From Deltaproteobacteria bacterium (GTDB lineage: Bacteria; Desulfobacterota; GWC2-55-46), in NCBI GenBank assembly GCA_016234935.1, contig JACRNL010000010.1:95617-159616 (forward strand): 64,000 nt of DNA. Reading direction: 5' to 3'. The position numbers and the translations under genes are program-made. Below are positions 10,864 through 21,163 of this stretch, piece after piece; position 1 is the stretch's first letter, and every line of letters begins with the position of its first letter. Below the pieces are notes generated by a model. The model ran no database searches, was not told where the DNA came from, and was given only the letters and a program-made list of their open reading frames with translations.

Positions 10864-12306
10864 ATGATGAAAAAAACAGCAGGTAAGCTAACGCTTCTAA
10901 TCTTCCTTACCGTTGCCCTGCTCTTTACAGGTTGCACTGCTCCTCCTGTCCGGCAAGACCCCTTCGCCAGCCTCGACGCGCAACCCGCCAACGCGCCGCT
11001 TAAATCCTTGAAACTCGGCTTGATTATTTCGCCAAATACAATGCAGGCCATCGGTTATATAAACACGATAAATTCCAGCGACCTCGGTATAGGCAGCCTT
11101 GATACAAACAGGTATTTTAAGGATATCACGGACCTGCTCAGTCGGAGATTTAAAGAGGTCGTTCGTGTGAATTCCCTGCAGGAGGCAGCTTCCTCCGGAG
11201 CGGACATATCAGCCATTCTCGACGTTTACGCCAAGCTGGGATCGATTTCATTCACCCATAGCATATTCCAAGACAAGCTGATATTCATGTCGCTCGACGG
11301 CGCACAAATTGACGTCGCCTCAGGCGAAGGCAGGGCCATGGTTCCCTATCCAGCCTGGCCAACACATAAACAGAAAGCGGCCGATGCGGCCATGATTGAA
11401 CTGGAAAAATCACTGTCTTCTTCCGAGAAACTTAAAGAATACGCCCGGACATATTCCGGCAATAGATCCGCGACTATTGCAATTACGGCACCTGCCAAAA
11501 TCAAATCCGACGTTGACGAACTGCCCGCAATTAAGGCAAAGCCCAACAAAAAAGCATACGCCATTGTAATCGGCATTGAAAATTACCGCCAGAAGCTCCC
11601 CAGGGCCGACTTTGCAACGCATGACGCAGAGACTGTTGCGGAATATCTCACCAAGGTAATGGGCTATCCGGCGGAAAACGTCGTAACGCTTTTAAACGAC
11701 CATGCGTCAAACGTGGATTTTGCGAAATACTTTGAAAAGTGGCTGCCTAACAACGTCGAAAAAGACTCCACCGTTTTTATCTACTACTCAGGACACGGCG
11801 CGCCTAACACAAAGACAGGCGACGCCTTTTTAGTGCCTTACGACGGCGACCCGTCGTTCATTAACGAGACCGGTTATTCTCTGAAAAGGCTTTATGACTC
11901 GCTCGGAAAACTTCAGGCAAAAGAGATAATCGTCGCGCTTGACTCGTGCTTTTCAGGAGCGGGCGGAAGATCTGTCATTGCCAAAGGTTCAAGGCCGCTT
12001 GTTATGAGAATGGATAATTTAACAATACCCTCTAAAATAGCGGTCCTTTCAGCATCATCAGGAGAGCAGACCAGTTCGACCTATGAGGAAAAAGGACACG
12101 GGCTTTTTACCTATTTTTTGCTGAAAGGAATCAAAGACGACGATAATGCGAATAAGAACGGAACGGTAGAAATAGGAGAACTCTTCGATTACATCAAGCC
12201 GCAGGTGGAACGGATAGCGAGAAAGGTCTATAACAACGAGCAAACGCCGCAGATGACGGCGCCAAAGGAAAACCAGAAGATATTTCTAATCAGCAACGGA
12301 AAATAA
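10864..12306 (+). CDS. Lipoprotein with a C-terminal caspase-like (peptidase C14) domain
   Basis: Lipobox LFTGC; YAIVIGIE.Y, YYSGHG (His), LDSCFSG (Cys), HGLFTY and QTP motifs. Confidence 0.85.
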   Translation: MMKKTAGKLTLLIFLTVALLFTGCTAPPVRQDPFASLDAQPANAPLKSLKLGLIISPNTMQAIGYINTINSSDLGIGSLDTNRYFKDITDLLSRRFKEVVRVNSLQEAASSGADISAILDVYAKLGSISFTHSIFQDKLIFMSLDGAQIDVASGEGRAMVPYPAWPTHKQKAADAAMIELEKSLSSSEKLKEYARTYSGNRSATIAITAPAKIKSDVDELPAIKAKPNKKAYAIVIGIENYRQKLPRADFATHDAETVAEYLTKVMGYPAENVVTLLNDHASNVDFAKYFEKWLPNNVEKDSTVFIYYSGHGAPNTKTGDAFLVPYDGDPSFINETGYSLKRLYDSLGKLQAKEIIVALDSCFSGAGGRSVIAKGSRPLVMRMDNLTIPSKIAVLSASSGEQTSSTYEEKGHGLFTYFLLKGIKDDDNANKNGTVEIGELFDYIKPQVERIARKVYNNEQTPQMTAPKENQKIFLISNGK

Positions 12307-12314
12307 AAGATCCA

Positions 12315-14966
12315 ATGGAATCAACCGAAATAAGAAAACGCTTTATCGAATTCTTCAAGAAGTCCGGCCACGAGGCCGTGCCTTCGTCAAGCCTCATACC
12401 GAGGGGCGACCCGACGCTGCTCTTTACCAACGCGGGCATGGTGCAGTTCAAGGGCGTGTTCATGAATGAAGAGACTCGCGATTACAGGCGCGCCGTTTCC
12501 TGCCAGAGGTGCGTGAGGGCCGGCGGAAAGCACAACGACCTTGAAAACGTAGGCGTCACCGCCAGACACCACACGTTCTTCGAGATGCTCGGCAACTTCT
12601 CCTTTGGCGACTACTTCAAAGAGGGCGCGATAGATTTCGCATGGGCATTCCTGACCGAAGAGATGCGGCTGCCGAAGGAAAAACTCTGGATAACGGTCTT
12701 TGAGACCGACGACGAGGCCGCCGCCATCTGGGAGAAAAAGGCGGGCGTCTCGAAGAGCCGCATCGTCAGGATGGGCGCGAAGGACAACTTCTGGTCAATG
12801 GGAGACGCCGGCCCATGCGGCCCGTGTTCCGAGATACTCATTGACCAGGGCAAGGAGGTAGGCTGCGGCAGACCGGAGTGCGCCGTCGGCTGCGACTGCG
12901 ACAGATTTCTTGAAATATGGAACCTCGTATTCATGCAGTATAACCGCGGGTTAAACGGCGAGCTGACGCCTCTGCCAAAGCCCTGCATTGACACGGGCAT
13001 GGGCCTTGAGCGGCTTTCCGCGGTGCAGCAGGGGAAGCATTCAAACTACGAATCAGACCTGTTCATGCCGATAATCACGCGCATCGAGGAGATATCCGGC
13101 GTTAAATACGGCTCTGACCGCGATAAAGACACGTCGATGCGCGCCATCGCAGACCACGCAAGGGCTATTACATTTCTTATAACCGACGGCGTTCTTCCGG
13201 GCAATGTTGACCGCGCCTACGTGCTTCGCAGGATAATCCGCAGGGCCGCGCGCCACGGAAAATTCCTCGGCATAAAAGACCCGTTCATCTACATGGTCAG
13301 CGGGCGCGTCATTGAACTGATGGGCGACATCTACCCTGAGATAATCCGCGCCAAAGAGCTCGTGGCAAAGGCGACAAAGGGCGAAGAAGAACGCTTTTTT
13401 GAAACGCTTGAACGCGGCCTTTCCATGCTTGACGAAGAGGTCGCTTCTCTCAAAAATAAAAAAGAAACAATCATCCCCGGCTCAGTCGCATTCAAGCTCT
13501 ACGACACATACGGCTTTCCGGCAGACCTTACGGCCGACATAATTAAAAAAGACGGCCTTACGATTGACGAGGAAGGGTTTAATAAATCCATGGCCGAGCA
13601 AAAGGCAAAGGCGCGGCTTGCGTGGAAAGGGGCCGCCGAAGGCGCTGGCAAAGAGATTTACAAGGGGCTTTCAAGCGCCGGGCTTAAATCAACATTCGTC
13701 GGCTACCAGATGGACGCCGCTTCATCGCGGATACTTTGCATAATAAAAAACGGCATTAGCGTCGAGACCGCCCAAAAGGGCGACACAGTAGAGATAGTCA
13801 CCGAAGAGACGCCCTTTTACGGAGAGTCCGGCGGACAGGCCGGGGACACCGGAATTATCGTCGGCGTCCAGAAGATGTTCACGCTTAAAGTCGCGGACAC
13901 GGCAAGGCCGCTTACAGACCTTACCGTCCACCACTGCACAATCGAGCAAGGTTCTATTACCGTTGACGACACGGTGGAACTTATCCCCGACCTTAACAAA
14001 CGAACCGCCACCCGCAGAAACCACACGGCCACGCACATCCTGCACGCCTCGCTGAGAAAACTCCTCGGCGAGCACGTCAGGCAGGCAGGGTCGCTTGTCA
14101 ACGAAAAGGGTCTGCGTTTCGACTTCAGCCACTTTGAGGCGTTAAAAGACGACGACATAAAAAAAATTGAAGAGCTTGCTAACAGGGCCGTGCTTGAAAA
14201 CATAGAGGTCACAACCGACGTCCTCCCCTATCAGACCGCGCTCGAAAAGGGCGCGCTTGCGTTCTTCGGCGAAAAATACGGCGACATGGTGCGCCTCGTG
14301 AGCGTGCCCGGCGTCAGCGCCGAGCTTTGCGGCGGCACGCACGTAAAACGCTCAGGCGACATAGGCCTTATAAAGATTACCGCCGAGTCTTCCGTTGCCT
14401 CCGGCACGAGGAGGCTTGAGGCGGTCACAGGCGAAGGCGCGCTTAACGCAGTCATAAAGGCCGAAGACGCGCTGAAAGAAAGTGCATCCATACTTAAATC
14501 CCCGAAAGCAGAGGTTCCGGGCAGGATACGAAAGCTCCTTGAAGCTCAGCGCGAGCTTGAAAAGGAAATCGAAAGACTCAAGGCCAAGGGCAAGGCCACC
14601 GGCGCAGTAGACCTTGTAAAAGAGGCAAGGGCCGTAAACGGCGTTAACGTCATAGCCGCGCTTGTAGAGGCCACAGACCCGGCAGAGCTGCGCAGCACAG
14701 CCGACGCGCTAAAGGTCAGGATTGGCAGCGGCATAATCATCCTGGCCAGCAAGGCCGATTCAAAGGCATTCCTCCTTGCCGCCGTGACAAAGGACTTGAC
14801 CAACAGGTTCAAGGCCGGAGAGCTGATAAAACGCCTCGCCCCCATCATAGGCGGCAAAGGCGGCGGCCGCGACGACATGGCCCAGGCCGGAGGCAGCCTT
14901 CCCGAAAAACTCGACGAAGCGTTAAAGGCGGTTTATAAGGCGGTGGAAGAGGTGGATGGGAAGTAG
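12315..14966 (+). CDS. alaS: Alanine-tRNA ligase
   Basis: FTNAGMVQFK, HHTFFEMLGNFSFGDYFK, DTGMGLER, HTATH, ELCGGTH and GGKGGG motifs. Confidence 0.99.
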   Translation: MESTEIRKRFIEFFKKSGHEAVPSSSLIPRGDPTLLFTNAGMVQFKGVFMNEETRDYRRAVSCQRCVRAGGKHNDLENVGVTARHHTFFEMLGNFSFGDYFKEGAIDFAWAFLTEEMRLPKEKLWITVFETDDEAAAIWEKKAGVSKSRIVRMGAKDNFWSMGDAGPCGPCSEILIDQGKEVGCGRPECAVGCDCDRFLEIWNLVFMQYNRGLNGELTPLPKPCIDTGMGLERLSAVQQGKHSNYESDLFMPIITRIEEISGVKYGSDRDKDTSMRAIADHARAITFLITDGVLPGNVDRAYVLRRIIRRAARHGKFLGIKDPFIYMVSGRVIELMGDIYPEIIRAKELVAKATKGEEERFFETLERGLSMLDEEVASLKNKKETIIPGSVAFKLYDTYGFPADLTADIIKKDGLTIDEEGFNKSMAEQKAKARLAWKGAAEGAGKEIYKGLSSAGLKSTFVGYQMDAASSRILCIIKNGISVETAQKGDTVEIVTEETPFYGESGGQAGDTGIIVGVQKMFTLKVADTARPLTDLTVHHCTIEQGSITVDDTVELIPDLNKRTATRRNHTATHILHASLRKLLGEHVRQAGSLVNEKGLRFDFSHFEALKDDDIKKIEELANRAVLENIEVTTDVLPYQTALEKGALAFFGEKYGDMVRLVSVPGVSAELCGGTHVKRSGDIGLIKITAESSVASGTRRLEAVTGEGALNAVIKAEDALKESASILKSPKAEVPGRIRKLLEAQRELEKEIERLKAKGKATGAVDLVKEARAVNGVNVIAALVEATDPAELRSTADALKVRIGSGIIILASKADSKAFLLAAVTKDLTNRFKAGELIKRLAPIIGGKGGGRDDMAQAGGSLPEKLDEALKAVYKAVEEVDGK

Positions 14967-14972
14967 GTAAAC

Positions 14973-15350
14973 TTAACGACAGCGAGACAGGACGCTGGAG
15001 CATCCAAGACTGCGTTCCCACGCTGGAGCGTGGGAACGATAAACTACGATAAACTTGCCATTTAGATAAAAATTCTTATAAGCTTCTAACCACAGCCTTT
15101 CCGCATCACCGCCACTTGCCCAATATCTATAGTTGTGCGCCTTGCTTTCATTGGCGCTGTATTCGACGAGTGTGCCCGCGAACTTCGCTATATCAGGATA
15201 CTCACTCGCAGGCAATGACGATATAGCGTCCCTTGTAAGCTGCCTGTGCGTATAAGCCCCTATGCTGTCCCATGCCGAGGCATTACTCAGCATAAAGGTG
15301 AAGACAAGCACAAGAGCAAGCAGAAGCCTCGATGATGTTGTGGTCTTCAT
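14973..15350 (-). pseudogene. Secreted Zn-phospholipase C / S1-P1 nuclease-like protein, truncated at the REP element
   Basis: Signal peptide ending ASA, then W..…TH (WDSIGAYTH) as in the PLC/P1 N-terminus. The last ~23 codons are read through the REP. Confidence 0.5.
14990..15040 (+). repeat. REP-like doublet copy
   Basis: ggacgctggagcatcc..tgcgttcccacgctggagcgtgggaacgat. Confidence 0.85.
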
Positions 15351-16564
15351 CTCTGACCTCTCTCGATCTGCATATATATTCGAACATACTTGGCGTTATC
15401 ACCTGTTATTTCTCTTAAACCTGTCACCGCGCTAAGCCGTAACTCCTTGTCAGCTGTCTTATCTTCCATCAGCTCTGTTAAAAACGGCACTGCCTCCTGC
15501 ATATGGGCCTTAGTAAAGGCGCTGAGCACAGTATGTCTTATGTCATTCTGTTTTCTAGCACTGTTTTTTTCCGCCCCCGGATATTTGCCCTGATATATGC
15601 CAAGGATATACTGAAAAATGTCCTGCCCGCCAAACCGCGCAAGCGCGACAAGTTCAGAATAACCAGATGAACCTTTTTTTAATTCATTTTCGATCTTCTG
15701 TTTCAGGTATGGTATTGCATCAGTGTTGCCGGAAAAGCCAAGCTCTTCAGTTAAATCACCGTGTTGCTCCCAATCCTTACGCTTCTTCGGATTGTCTTCA
15801 ATGTCCTTAATAGCTTTTATTATCTTTGTTATATCCGTCTTCACGCCAATGTTTCTGAGGCCCCTCACAGCGGCGGTGCGTATATCGAGATCGTCACTCT
15901 CGGAAAGCCTCCTCAGGTCAGATTCAGCCCCCTTGTCATTCATGTTCGATATCACGGCCAGCATCTCCAGCCTGCCGTGGGCATTTGTCCGGCCAAGCTC
16001 TTCAAGCTTCTTTTCAACCTTTGGAAGCGCGTCCGCACCGTAGCCGACTATGCTCGCCCCAAGCTCCCTCTCATAGCCTGTCGGGCCAATAAGCCCGGAT
16101 AGCTTGTCTATCATAATGGGCAGGGCATTCTTGTCCTTCATGGCGCTGAGCGCTTGGGCGCTAAGCACTTTATTCATTATGGCCTTTTCGTCTTTCTCTG
16201 ACCTCACATCTACCTTGCCAATGGGCAGGCTCATCACCTTGCCGCGTAGTTTTCCTGCCGCGCTCATCACTCTGGCGTTCATTACATGCAGTATGGCGAA
16301 CTCCTGAAGGTCAAGGTCCGCGCTGTCCACGGCGTCTACCACGGCCTTTATATCCTCAGGGCTCTGAAGCGTTTTCTTCTTCAGGGCCTCGATGAGCCGC
16401 GACTTCACACGATGGTCTTGCGTCGCCTCCGTCTCCCTTATGAGCGTGCTTACCGGCTTTGCGGCCAAAGCCTCGTCAGTTTCTTCAGAAAACCCCTGAC
16501 CCTGAAAGATAAAAACAGATAGCACGAGAAATACAGCGGCAAGCGTCATGACGGATTTTTTCAT
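15347..16564 (-). CDS. Exported HEAT/PBS-repeat protein
   Basis: Signal peptide; repeats such as D..IRTAAVRGLRNIG, AIPYL and LRLSAVTGLREI. Confidence 0.7.
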   Translation of the reverse strand: MKKSVMTLAAVFLVLSVFIFQGQGFSEETDEALAAKPVSTLIRETEATQDHRVKSRLIEALKKKTLQSPEDIKAVVDAVDSADLDLQEFAILHVMNARVMSAAGKLRGKVMSLPIGKVDVRSEKDEKAIMNKVLSAQALSAMKDKNALPIMIDKLSGLIGPTGYERELGASIVGYGADALPKVEKKLEELGRTNAHGRLEMLAVISNMNDKGAESDLRRLSESDDLDIRTAAVRGLRNIGVKTDITKIIKAIKDIEDNPKKRKDWEQHGDLTEELGFSGNTDAIPYLKQKIENELKKGSSGYSELVALARFGGQDIFQYILGIYQGKYPGAEKNSARKQNDIRHTVLSAFTKAHMQEAVPFLTELMEDKTADKELRLSAVTGLREITGDNAKYVRIYMQIERGQR

Positions 16565-16638
16565 AAATAACCCCCTTAACCATTAAGTGTTTTTCGAATC
16601 CATTAAAAAATCGCATAGTCGCTTCCAATCAAAAGCAC

Positions 16639-16678
16639 AAACGCCCGCAAAAGGACTCTAAGTCCCCTCGCGGGCGTC
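16639..16678 (-). terminator. Terminator-like hairpin in the leader of the HEAT gene
   Basis: Minus strand gacgcccgcgaggggac-ttaga-gtccttttgcgggcgt followed by ttgtgctttt. Confidence 0.45.
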
Positions 16679-16715
16679 ATCAATACCTGACGCGGTCTTT
16701 TATGTTGATTATCAG

Positions 16716-17060
16716 TTACATATTTTCACATAAGCCGACACTACATATTTTCTGAAAATATGTCAAGTATGATTTAAACAAAAAGTTCATGCCCATTGCA
16801 ACTGTCTGCTCGGAGACTACCTTCCTGTCAAGGTCAAGCAGGGTCAGTTTCACCTGCGTTGCATCAAGCGTTGTCTGGTTTACGGCAATGATGGAAACGC
16901 TCGCCGTCCCGCCCTGCGTTGCCTCAGGCAGTTGCGCCGGTTTCTCGTCAAGCGAGGCCTTGAAAAACGCCGAGTTCTCCATGCCGAAAAGCCCGCCGGA
17001 GGGGATGAGGAGCACTGGGTGGTCTTTTACTAAATCCGTTGGATTGAAGTTTGCGTTTTC
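16716..17060 (-). pseudogene. Internal fragment of a larger, probably surface, protein
   Basis: The frame is open from the REP boundary (ENANFNPTDLVKDHPVLLIPSGGLFGMENSAFFKASLDE...) with no RBS or good start. Confidence 0.45.
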
Positions 17061-17111
17061 ATCGTTCCCACGCTCCAGCGTGGGAATGCATCAGGGGACG
17101 CTCCAGCGTCC
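17061..17111 (-). repeat. REP-like doublet copy, inverted relative to 14990-15040
   Basis: atcgttcccacgctccagcgtgggaatgca..ggacgctccagcgtcc. Confidence 0.85.
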
Positions 17112-17172
17112 TGTCGTTAAAATACACGGGTAAGCACAAATATCAAACCTTATCTTCCAGCCATACAACCCC

Positions 17173-17379
17173 TCACCTGCCGAGATAATCCTCCATAGTA
17201 AACCCTGCATCCTTTAATATCCTCAAAAAAAGCCCTTTAGGCAAATCTCCGGCATGGATGGGAACAACGGTTGTATAATCTGTTTGCGAATTATGAAGGA
17301 TTAGATGAGAGCCGCGCTGACGCTTTTCGACAAAGCCTTTGTCTTTGAGAAAACGGACAACATCCTTTGCCGTTGGCAT
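17173..17379 (-). CDS. hicA: HicA mRNA interferase toxin
   Basis: L...GF...RQRGSH, VVP.H..DLP.G...IL motifs. Confidence 0.92.
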   Translation of the reverse strand: MPTAKDVVRFLKDKGFVEKRQRGSHLILHNSQTDYTTVVPIHAGDLPKGLFLRILKDAGFTMEDYLGR

Positions 17380-17606
17380 TATGCGGAGACCTGGATATTA
17401 TCCGTTTCGAGCTTCTTGATGTGTGAGGCTGGAATTGGTTTGCCGTCTTCGCGGAGGTCTTCGATATAAAGCTCCAGCGCTGAGACGATATCTTTCTTTG
17501 CCGCTTCTTCCGTTGCCCCCGCTCCATACACGCCGGGCAGATCAGGGATATACGCCCACCATTGGTTATCTTCCTGAACCAGAACTATCGGGTAGGTCAA
17601 CGTCAT
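17379..17606 (-). CDS. hicB: HicB antitoxin (short form)
   Basis: YPIVL, PDLPG....G.T.E.A and L.EDG..IP motifs; 1-bp overlap with hicA. Confidence 0.9.
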   Translation of the reverse strand: MTLTYPIVLVQEDNQWWAYIPDLPGVYGAGATEEAAKKDIVSALELYIEDLREDGKPIPASHIKKLETDNIQVSA

Positions 17607-17678
17607 TATCTGCTCCTTATTGTCTTCCTTGATTCAAATAAATCCCGCAAGAAAAAAACCAAACTCCGCCGTCCGTCT

Positions 17679-18386
17679 CTACTTCCCTTTGCCCCCCACC
17701 ATTGAAAGATACATTTGGGCTACCCTGTCGTCCGGGTTTATGCCGAGGGCCTTTTGCCACTCCTGGCGGGCGCGGTCATGCTCGCCCATGATGTAGTAGG
17801 TCAGGCCGAGCTGGATGCGGGCGGGCAGGTACTTGTCGTTCAATTTCACGGCCTCGGTAATTTCATCAATGGCCTTCTGAAAGTCCTTCATGTCGCGGTA
17901 TGCCGAGCCGAGCTTCGTCCTTATGTCGGCGAACGACGGCCTCAGCGTGGCGGCCTTTTTATACTCGTCGGCGGCCTCGGCGTAAAGGCCCAGGTCCGAG
18001 TAAATCGCACCTATGTCGGCGTGCATATTGGCGAGCTTTCCCTCGACGTAGGGATCAAGGAACAGGGGGCCTACGTTCTCGACCTTTTTTGCGTCGAAGT
18101 AGACGTCTTTGGCCTTGTCTATGTCGCCAAGCTCGTTGTAGGCTACCGAGAGGTTCAGGGCGGCTTCCGTATAATGCGGGTTTATCTTAAGGGCCTGCTT
18201 GAAATAGTCCACCGATTCGGTGTATTTGCCCTTCAGGTAGTAGATGAAGCCGAGCATGTTGTAGACGTCGGCGAAGGTGGTCTTTTCAGAAAGGACATTT
18301 TCAAGATGGATGCGCGCCGCTTCATACTTCTTCTCTTCAAACGCCTTCTTGCCCAGCTCGTAATTTATATGCCACTCCTTGTGCAT
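17679..18386 (-). CDS. TPR-repeat protein
   Basis: Several TPR motifs (ADVYNMLG..Y, ALKINP.Y.EA, LGL.Y). Confidence 0.85.
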   Translation of the reverse strand: MHKEWHINYELGKKAFEEKKYEAARIHLENVLSEKTTFADVYNMLGFIYYLKGKYTESVDYFKQALKINPHYTEAALNLSVAYNELGDIDKAKDVYFDAKKVENVGPLFLDPYVEGKLANMHADIGAIYSDLGLYAEAADEYKKAATLRPSFADIRTKLGSAYRDMKDFQKAIDEITEAVKLNDKYLPARIQLGLTYYIMGEHDRARQEWQKALGINPDDRVAQMYLSMVGGKGK

Positions 18387-18469
18387 GCAACCTCCTTGAG
18401 TTCTGCTGCGCGCTTATGGAAATCCCCGCAGGCGAGGGGCGGCACAGGCACATACGTGCGTGCCGCCGG

Positions 18470-18491
18470 CCCCTTGAAGGGACTGCACCCC
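18470..18491. repeat. Degenerate 18-bp micro-insertion unit
   Basis: cccc ttgaa ggga ctgca cccc. Confidence 0.65.
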
Positions 18492-18590
18492 ATCGTCATA
18501 TCGTGAAGGAAAAAGTAAGGCAAGCCTGATGCAAAATGTTTTCAGGAACCCGCGCGCCAAGCCGCTTTCCGGCAATGGAATCACCGGGGT

Positions 18591-19388
18591 TCAGCTCTCC
18601 TTAAGCTGGCCCTTCGCGTCCTTTGCAAACTGACTGTCTGGAAAATTAGTTATCAATGTCTTAAAGGCGTCCTGGGCAAGCGTGCCCTCTCCGAGCTTTG
18701 CGTATGATTGTCCGATGAAGTAAAGCGCTTCATCGGTAAGGCCGGTGTCGCTGTAATTTTTAAGGATGTCCCTGAACCTGCCGAGCGCCCCCCTGTAGTT
18801 CTTGCCCTTGAAGTAGAAACGGCCTACGTAGAACTCCCTTTCGGCAAGCCGCCTTCTTGAGAAAGAGATAAGCTCCTTTGCCCTGTCCTTGTAGGGAGAG
18901 TCCGGATAATTGACAACAAGGTCTTCAAAGGCAAAGAGCGCCTTCCGCGTGGCCGTCTGATCGCGGTCTACCGACAGGACGTCCTTAAAGTAGCTCATGC
19001 CTTTTTGAAAAAGCGCGTAGGACGCCCTTGAATGCGCCGGGTGCATGGCGACGAAATTTGTATAGTAGGAACCGGCCTCGTCATACTTGTCCTCTGCAAA
19101 GCATACGTCCCCGAGCATAAGCTCCGCTTCAAGGGCATACGGAGATAACGGATGCTCCTCCATCAGGGTTTTAAAGCCCTTCTCCGCATCCTCCTGTTTC
19201 TCGCGCAAATAGGAGTCCATCGCGGAGTCATATATCTCCTTTGCCGGCCTCGTGTCCACCACGTCTTTTGTGGACGCGCACCCGGCAAACAGCATCATGA
19301 CCGCCAACAAAACGAAACAGCGCCGAGGCAGAGCCTCATACCCTCTGAGATACTTTGAAAAATTGGAATTTTTCAAAACGCCCTCCAT
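18591..19388 (-). CDS. bamD: Outer membrane protein assembly factor BamD
   Basis: Lipobox FAGC, TPRs, DRDQT, YPDSPY and EFYVGRFY motifs. Confidence 0.9.
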   Translation of the reverse strand: MEGVLKNSNFSKYLRGYEALPRRCFVLLAVMMLFAGCASTKDVVDTRPAKEIYDSAMDSYLREKQEDAEKGFKTLMEEHPLSPYALEAELMLGDVCFAEDKYDEAGSYYTNFVAMHPAHSRASYALFQKGMSYFKDVLSVDRDQTATRKALFAFEDLVVNYPDSPYKDRAKELISFSRRRLAEREFYVGRFYFKGKNYRGALGRFRDILKNYSDTGLTDEALYFIGQSYAKLGEGTLAQDAFKTLITNFPDSQFAKDAKGQLKES

Positions 19389-19516
19389 TTTTTAAAAAAC
19401 CGTTCGCCGGAAACCGCAATGTTCTCAGCATCATACCACAAAAACAACGGTTTTTTCAAGGTATTTATGGGGACAGGTAGTCGGCAAAACTCGCAGGGCA
19501 CGGTAGAAGCCTCGCT

Positions 19517-20929
19517 CTACGCCGTCCGTGCGCCCTGCATGAACTCCACCGCGTGCTTTAGCCTTGAGAGGGTCATCTCCCTTCCCATCGCGTTTATCAT
19601 TTCATAAATACCGGGGCTGACCGTGCCGCCCGTGAGGGCCACCCTGACGGGCTGGGCGAGTTTTCCAAGTTTTATGCCCCTGGACTCAAGTATCTCGTTA
19701 AAAGCAGACTCAACGCCCTTCTCGTCAAAACCGGATAGCCCTTCAAGCCGCCCTATCAGCTCATTGAATATTCCTGCATTGTCGGAGGTAAGAAACTTCC
19801 CGGCGGCCTTCTCGTCGTATGCGGCCTTTTCCTTAAAGTAAAACAGCGAGGATTCAGCCATTTCCTTCAGCGTCTTTGACCTTTCCATAAGGGTCTTGAC
19901 TATCCTTACAAGGCGGTCGTCGTGTTTGACGGAAATGCCGAGGGCATCGAGGAAAGGGATCAGCTCGAAGGCAAGCATCGCAGGGTCGGAGGCCTTTATG
20001 TAGTGGTGGTTAAGCCACAGAAGCTTTTCCGGATTAAACACGCCGGCGGACTTGCCGACCTGCTCAAGGGAGAACTTTTCCACAAGTTCGTCTATCGAGA
20101 ATATCTCCTCGTCCCCGCTTGACCAGCCGAGGCGCGCAAGGTAATTGACAAGGGCGTGCGGGAGATAGCCCATTTCCTTATACGCCATGACGGACGTCGC
20201 GCCGTGGCGCTTTGAAAGGCGCGTCTTGTCCGCGCCAAGTATCATGGGCAGGTGCGCGAAGACAGGGACATCGCGGCCGAGGGCCTTATAAAGAAGTATC
20301 TGCTTCGGGGTGTTGTTGATGTGGTCGTCGCCCCTGATGACGTGCGTGATGTTCATGATTGCGTCGTCCACAACGACGCAGAAGTTGTATGTCGGCGTCC
20401 TGTCGCTTCTGAGTATCACGAGGTCTTCTATGGAGGAATTGTCAAAGGAGATATGGCCCTTGATGACGTCATGGACGACCGTCGTTCCGGGCGGCACCTT
20501 GAAGCGCACCGCGAACGGCGCGTCTGACCCGTCCGGCCTGTCAGCGCGATTTGCGCACCTGCCGTCGTATTTGGGCGGCCTGCCTTCCTTTAACGCCGCC
20601 TCCCGCCTCTGCTCAAGCTCTTCAGGCGTGCAGTAGCAGCGGTAGCAAACTCCCTTTTCAAGAAGCTCGTCCGCGAACTTCCTGTATGTGCCGAACATCT
20701 CGCTCTGGTAAAACGGCCCTTCGTCCCAGACAAGGCCCAGCCAGTTCATGCCGTCGAGTATGGCCTGTATGGAATCCTTCGTTGAGCGCAGGGCGTCGGT
20801 GTCCTCTATCCTTAATATGAATTTTCCATTGAAACGTCTGGCATAGAGCCAGCTGAAAAGCGCCGTGCGCGCGCCGCCAATGTGCAGATAGCCTGTCGGG
20901 CTCGGAGCGAAACGTGTCCTGACTGTCAA
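19517..20929 (-). CDS. gltX: Glutamate-tRNA ligase
   Basis: [25 protein letters not shown] and LSKR motifs. Confidence 0.98.
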   Translation of the reverse strand: MTVRTRFAPSPTGYLHIGGARTALFSWLYARRFNGKFILRIEDTDALRSTKDSIQAILDGMNWLGLVWDEGPFYQSEMFGTYRKFADELLEKGVCYRCYCTPEELEQRREAALKEGRPPKYDGRCANRADRPDGSDAPFAVRFKVPPGTTVVHDVIKGHISFDNSSIEDLVILRSDRTPTYNFCVVVDDAIMNITHVIRGDDHINNTPKQILLYKALGRDVPVFAHLPMILGADKTRLSKRHGATSVMAYKEMGYLPHALVNYLARLGWSSGDEEIFSIDELVEKFSLEQVGKSAGVFNPEKLLWLNHHYIKASDPAMLAFELIPFLDALGISVKHDDRLVRIVKTLMERSKTLKEMAESSLFYFKEKAAYDEKAAGKFLTSDNAGIFNELIGRLEGLSGFDEKGVESAFNEILESRGIKLGKLAQPVRVALTGGTVSPGIYEMINAMGREMTLSRLKHAVEFMQGARTA

Positions 20930-20965
20930 TGTTGAAGGTCTCCCATGATTTATTGTTTAACGGGC

Positions 20966-20995
20966 TGCGTTCCCACGCTGAAGCGTGGGAACGAT
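20966..20995 (+). repeat. REP-like hairpin copy
   Basis: tgcgttcccacgctgaagcgtgggaacgat. Confidence 0.8.
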
Positions 20996-21038
20996 AAAAA
21001 AACGCCGTTTCTGTTTTTTTTGAGCGGCCTGATAAGGC

Positions 21039-21161
21039 CAGGCTGCTCAAAAAGCCCCAGCTACAAGGCGACGAGAAGCGAAGAATGAGGCGTACTGTTG
21101 AGTACGCCGTAATGATGAGTGACGAAGACAACGCAGTAGATGGGGCTTTTTCAGCAGCCTG
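21039..21161. mobile_element. MITE-like element with 21-bp terminal inverted repeats
   Basis: caggctgctcaaaaagcccca ... tggggctttttcagcagcctg (1 mismatch); non-coding. Shorter relative at 42963-43036. Confidence 0.75.
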
Positions 21162-21163
21162 AG

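Noticed and set aside
10781-20995. REP doublets as integron attC sites
   Set aside because: No integrase, no consistent RYYYAAC/GTTRRRY ends, and mixed orientations.
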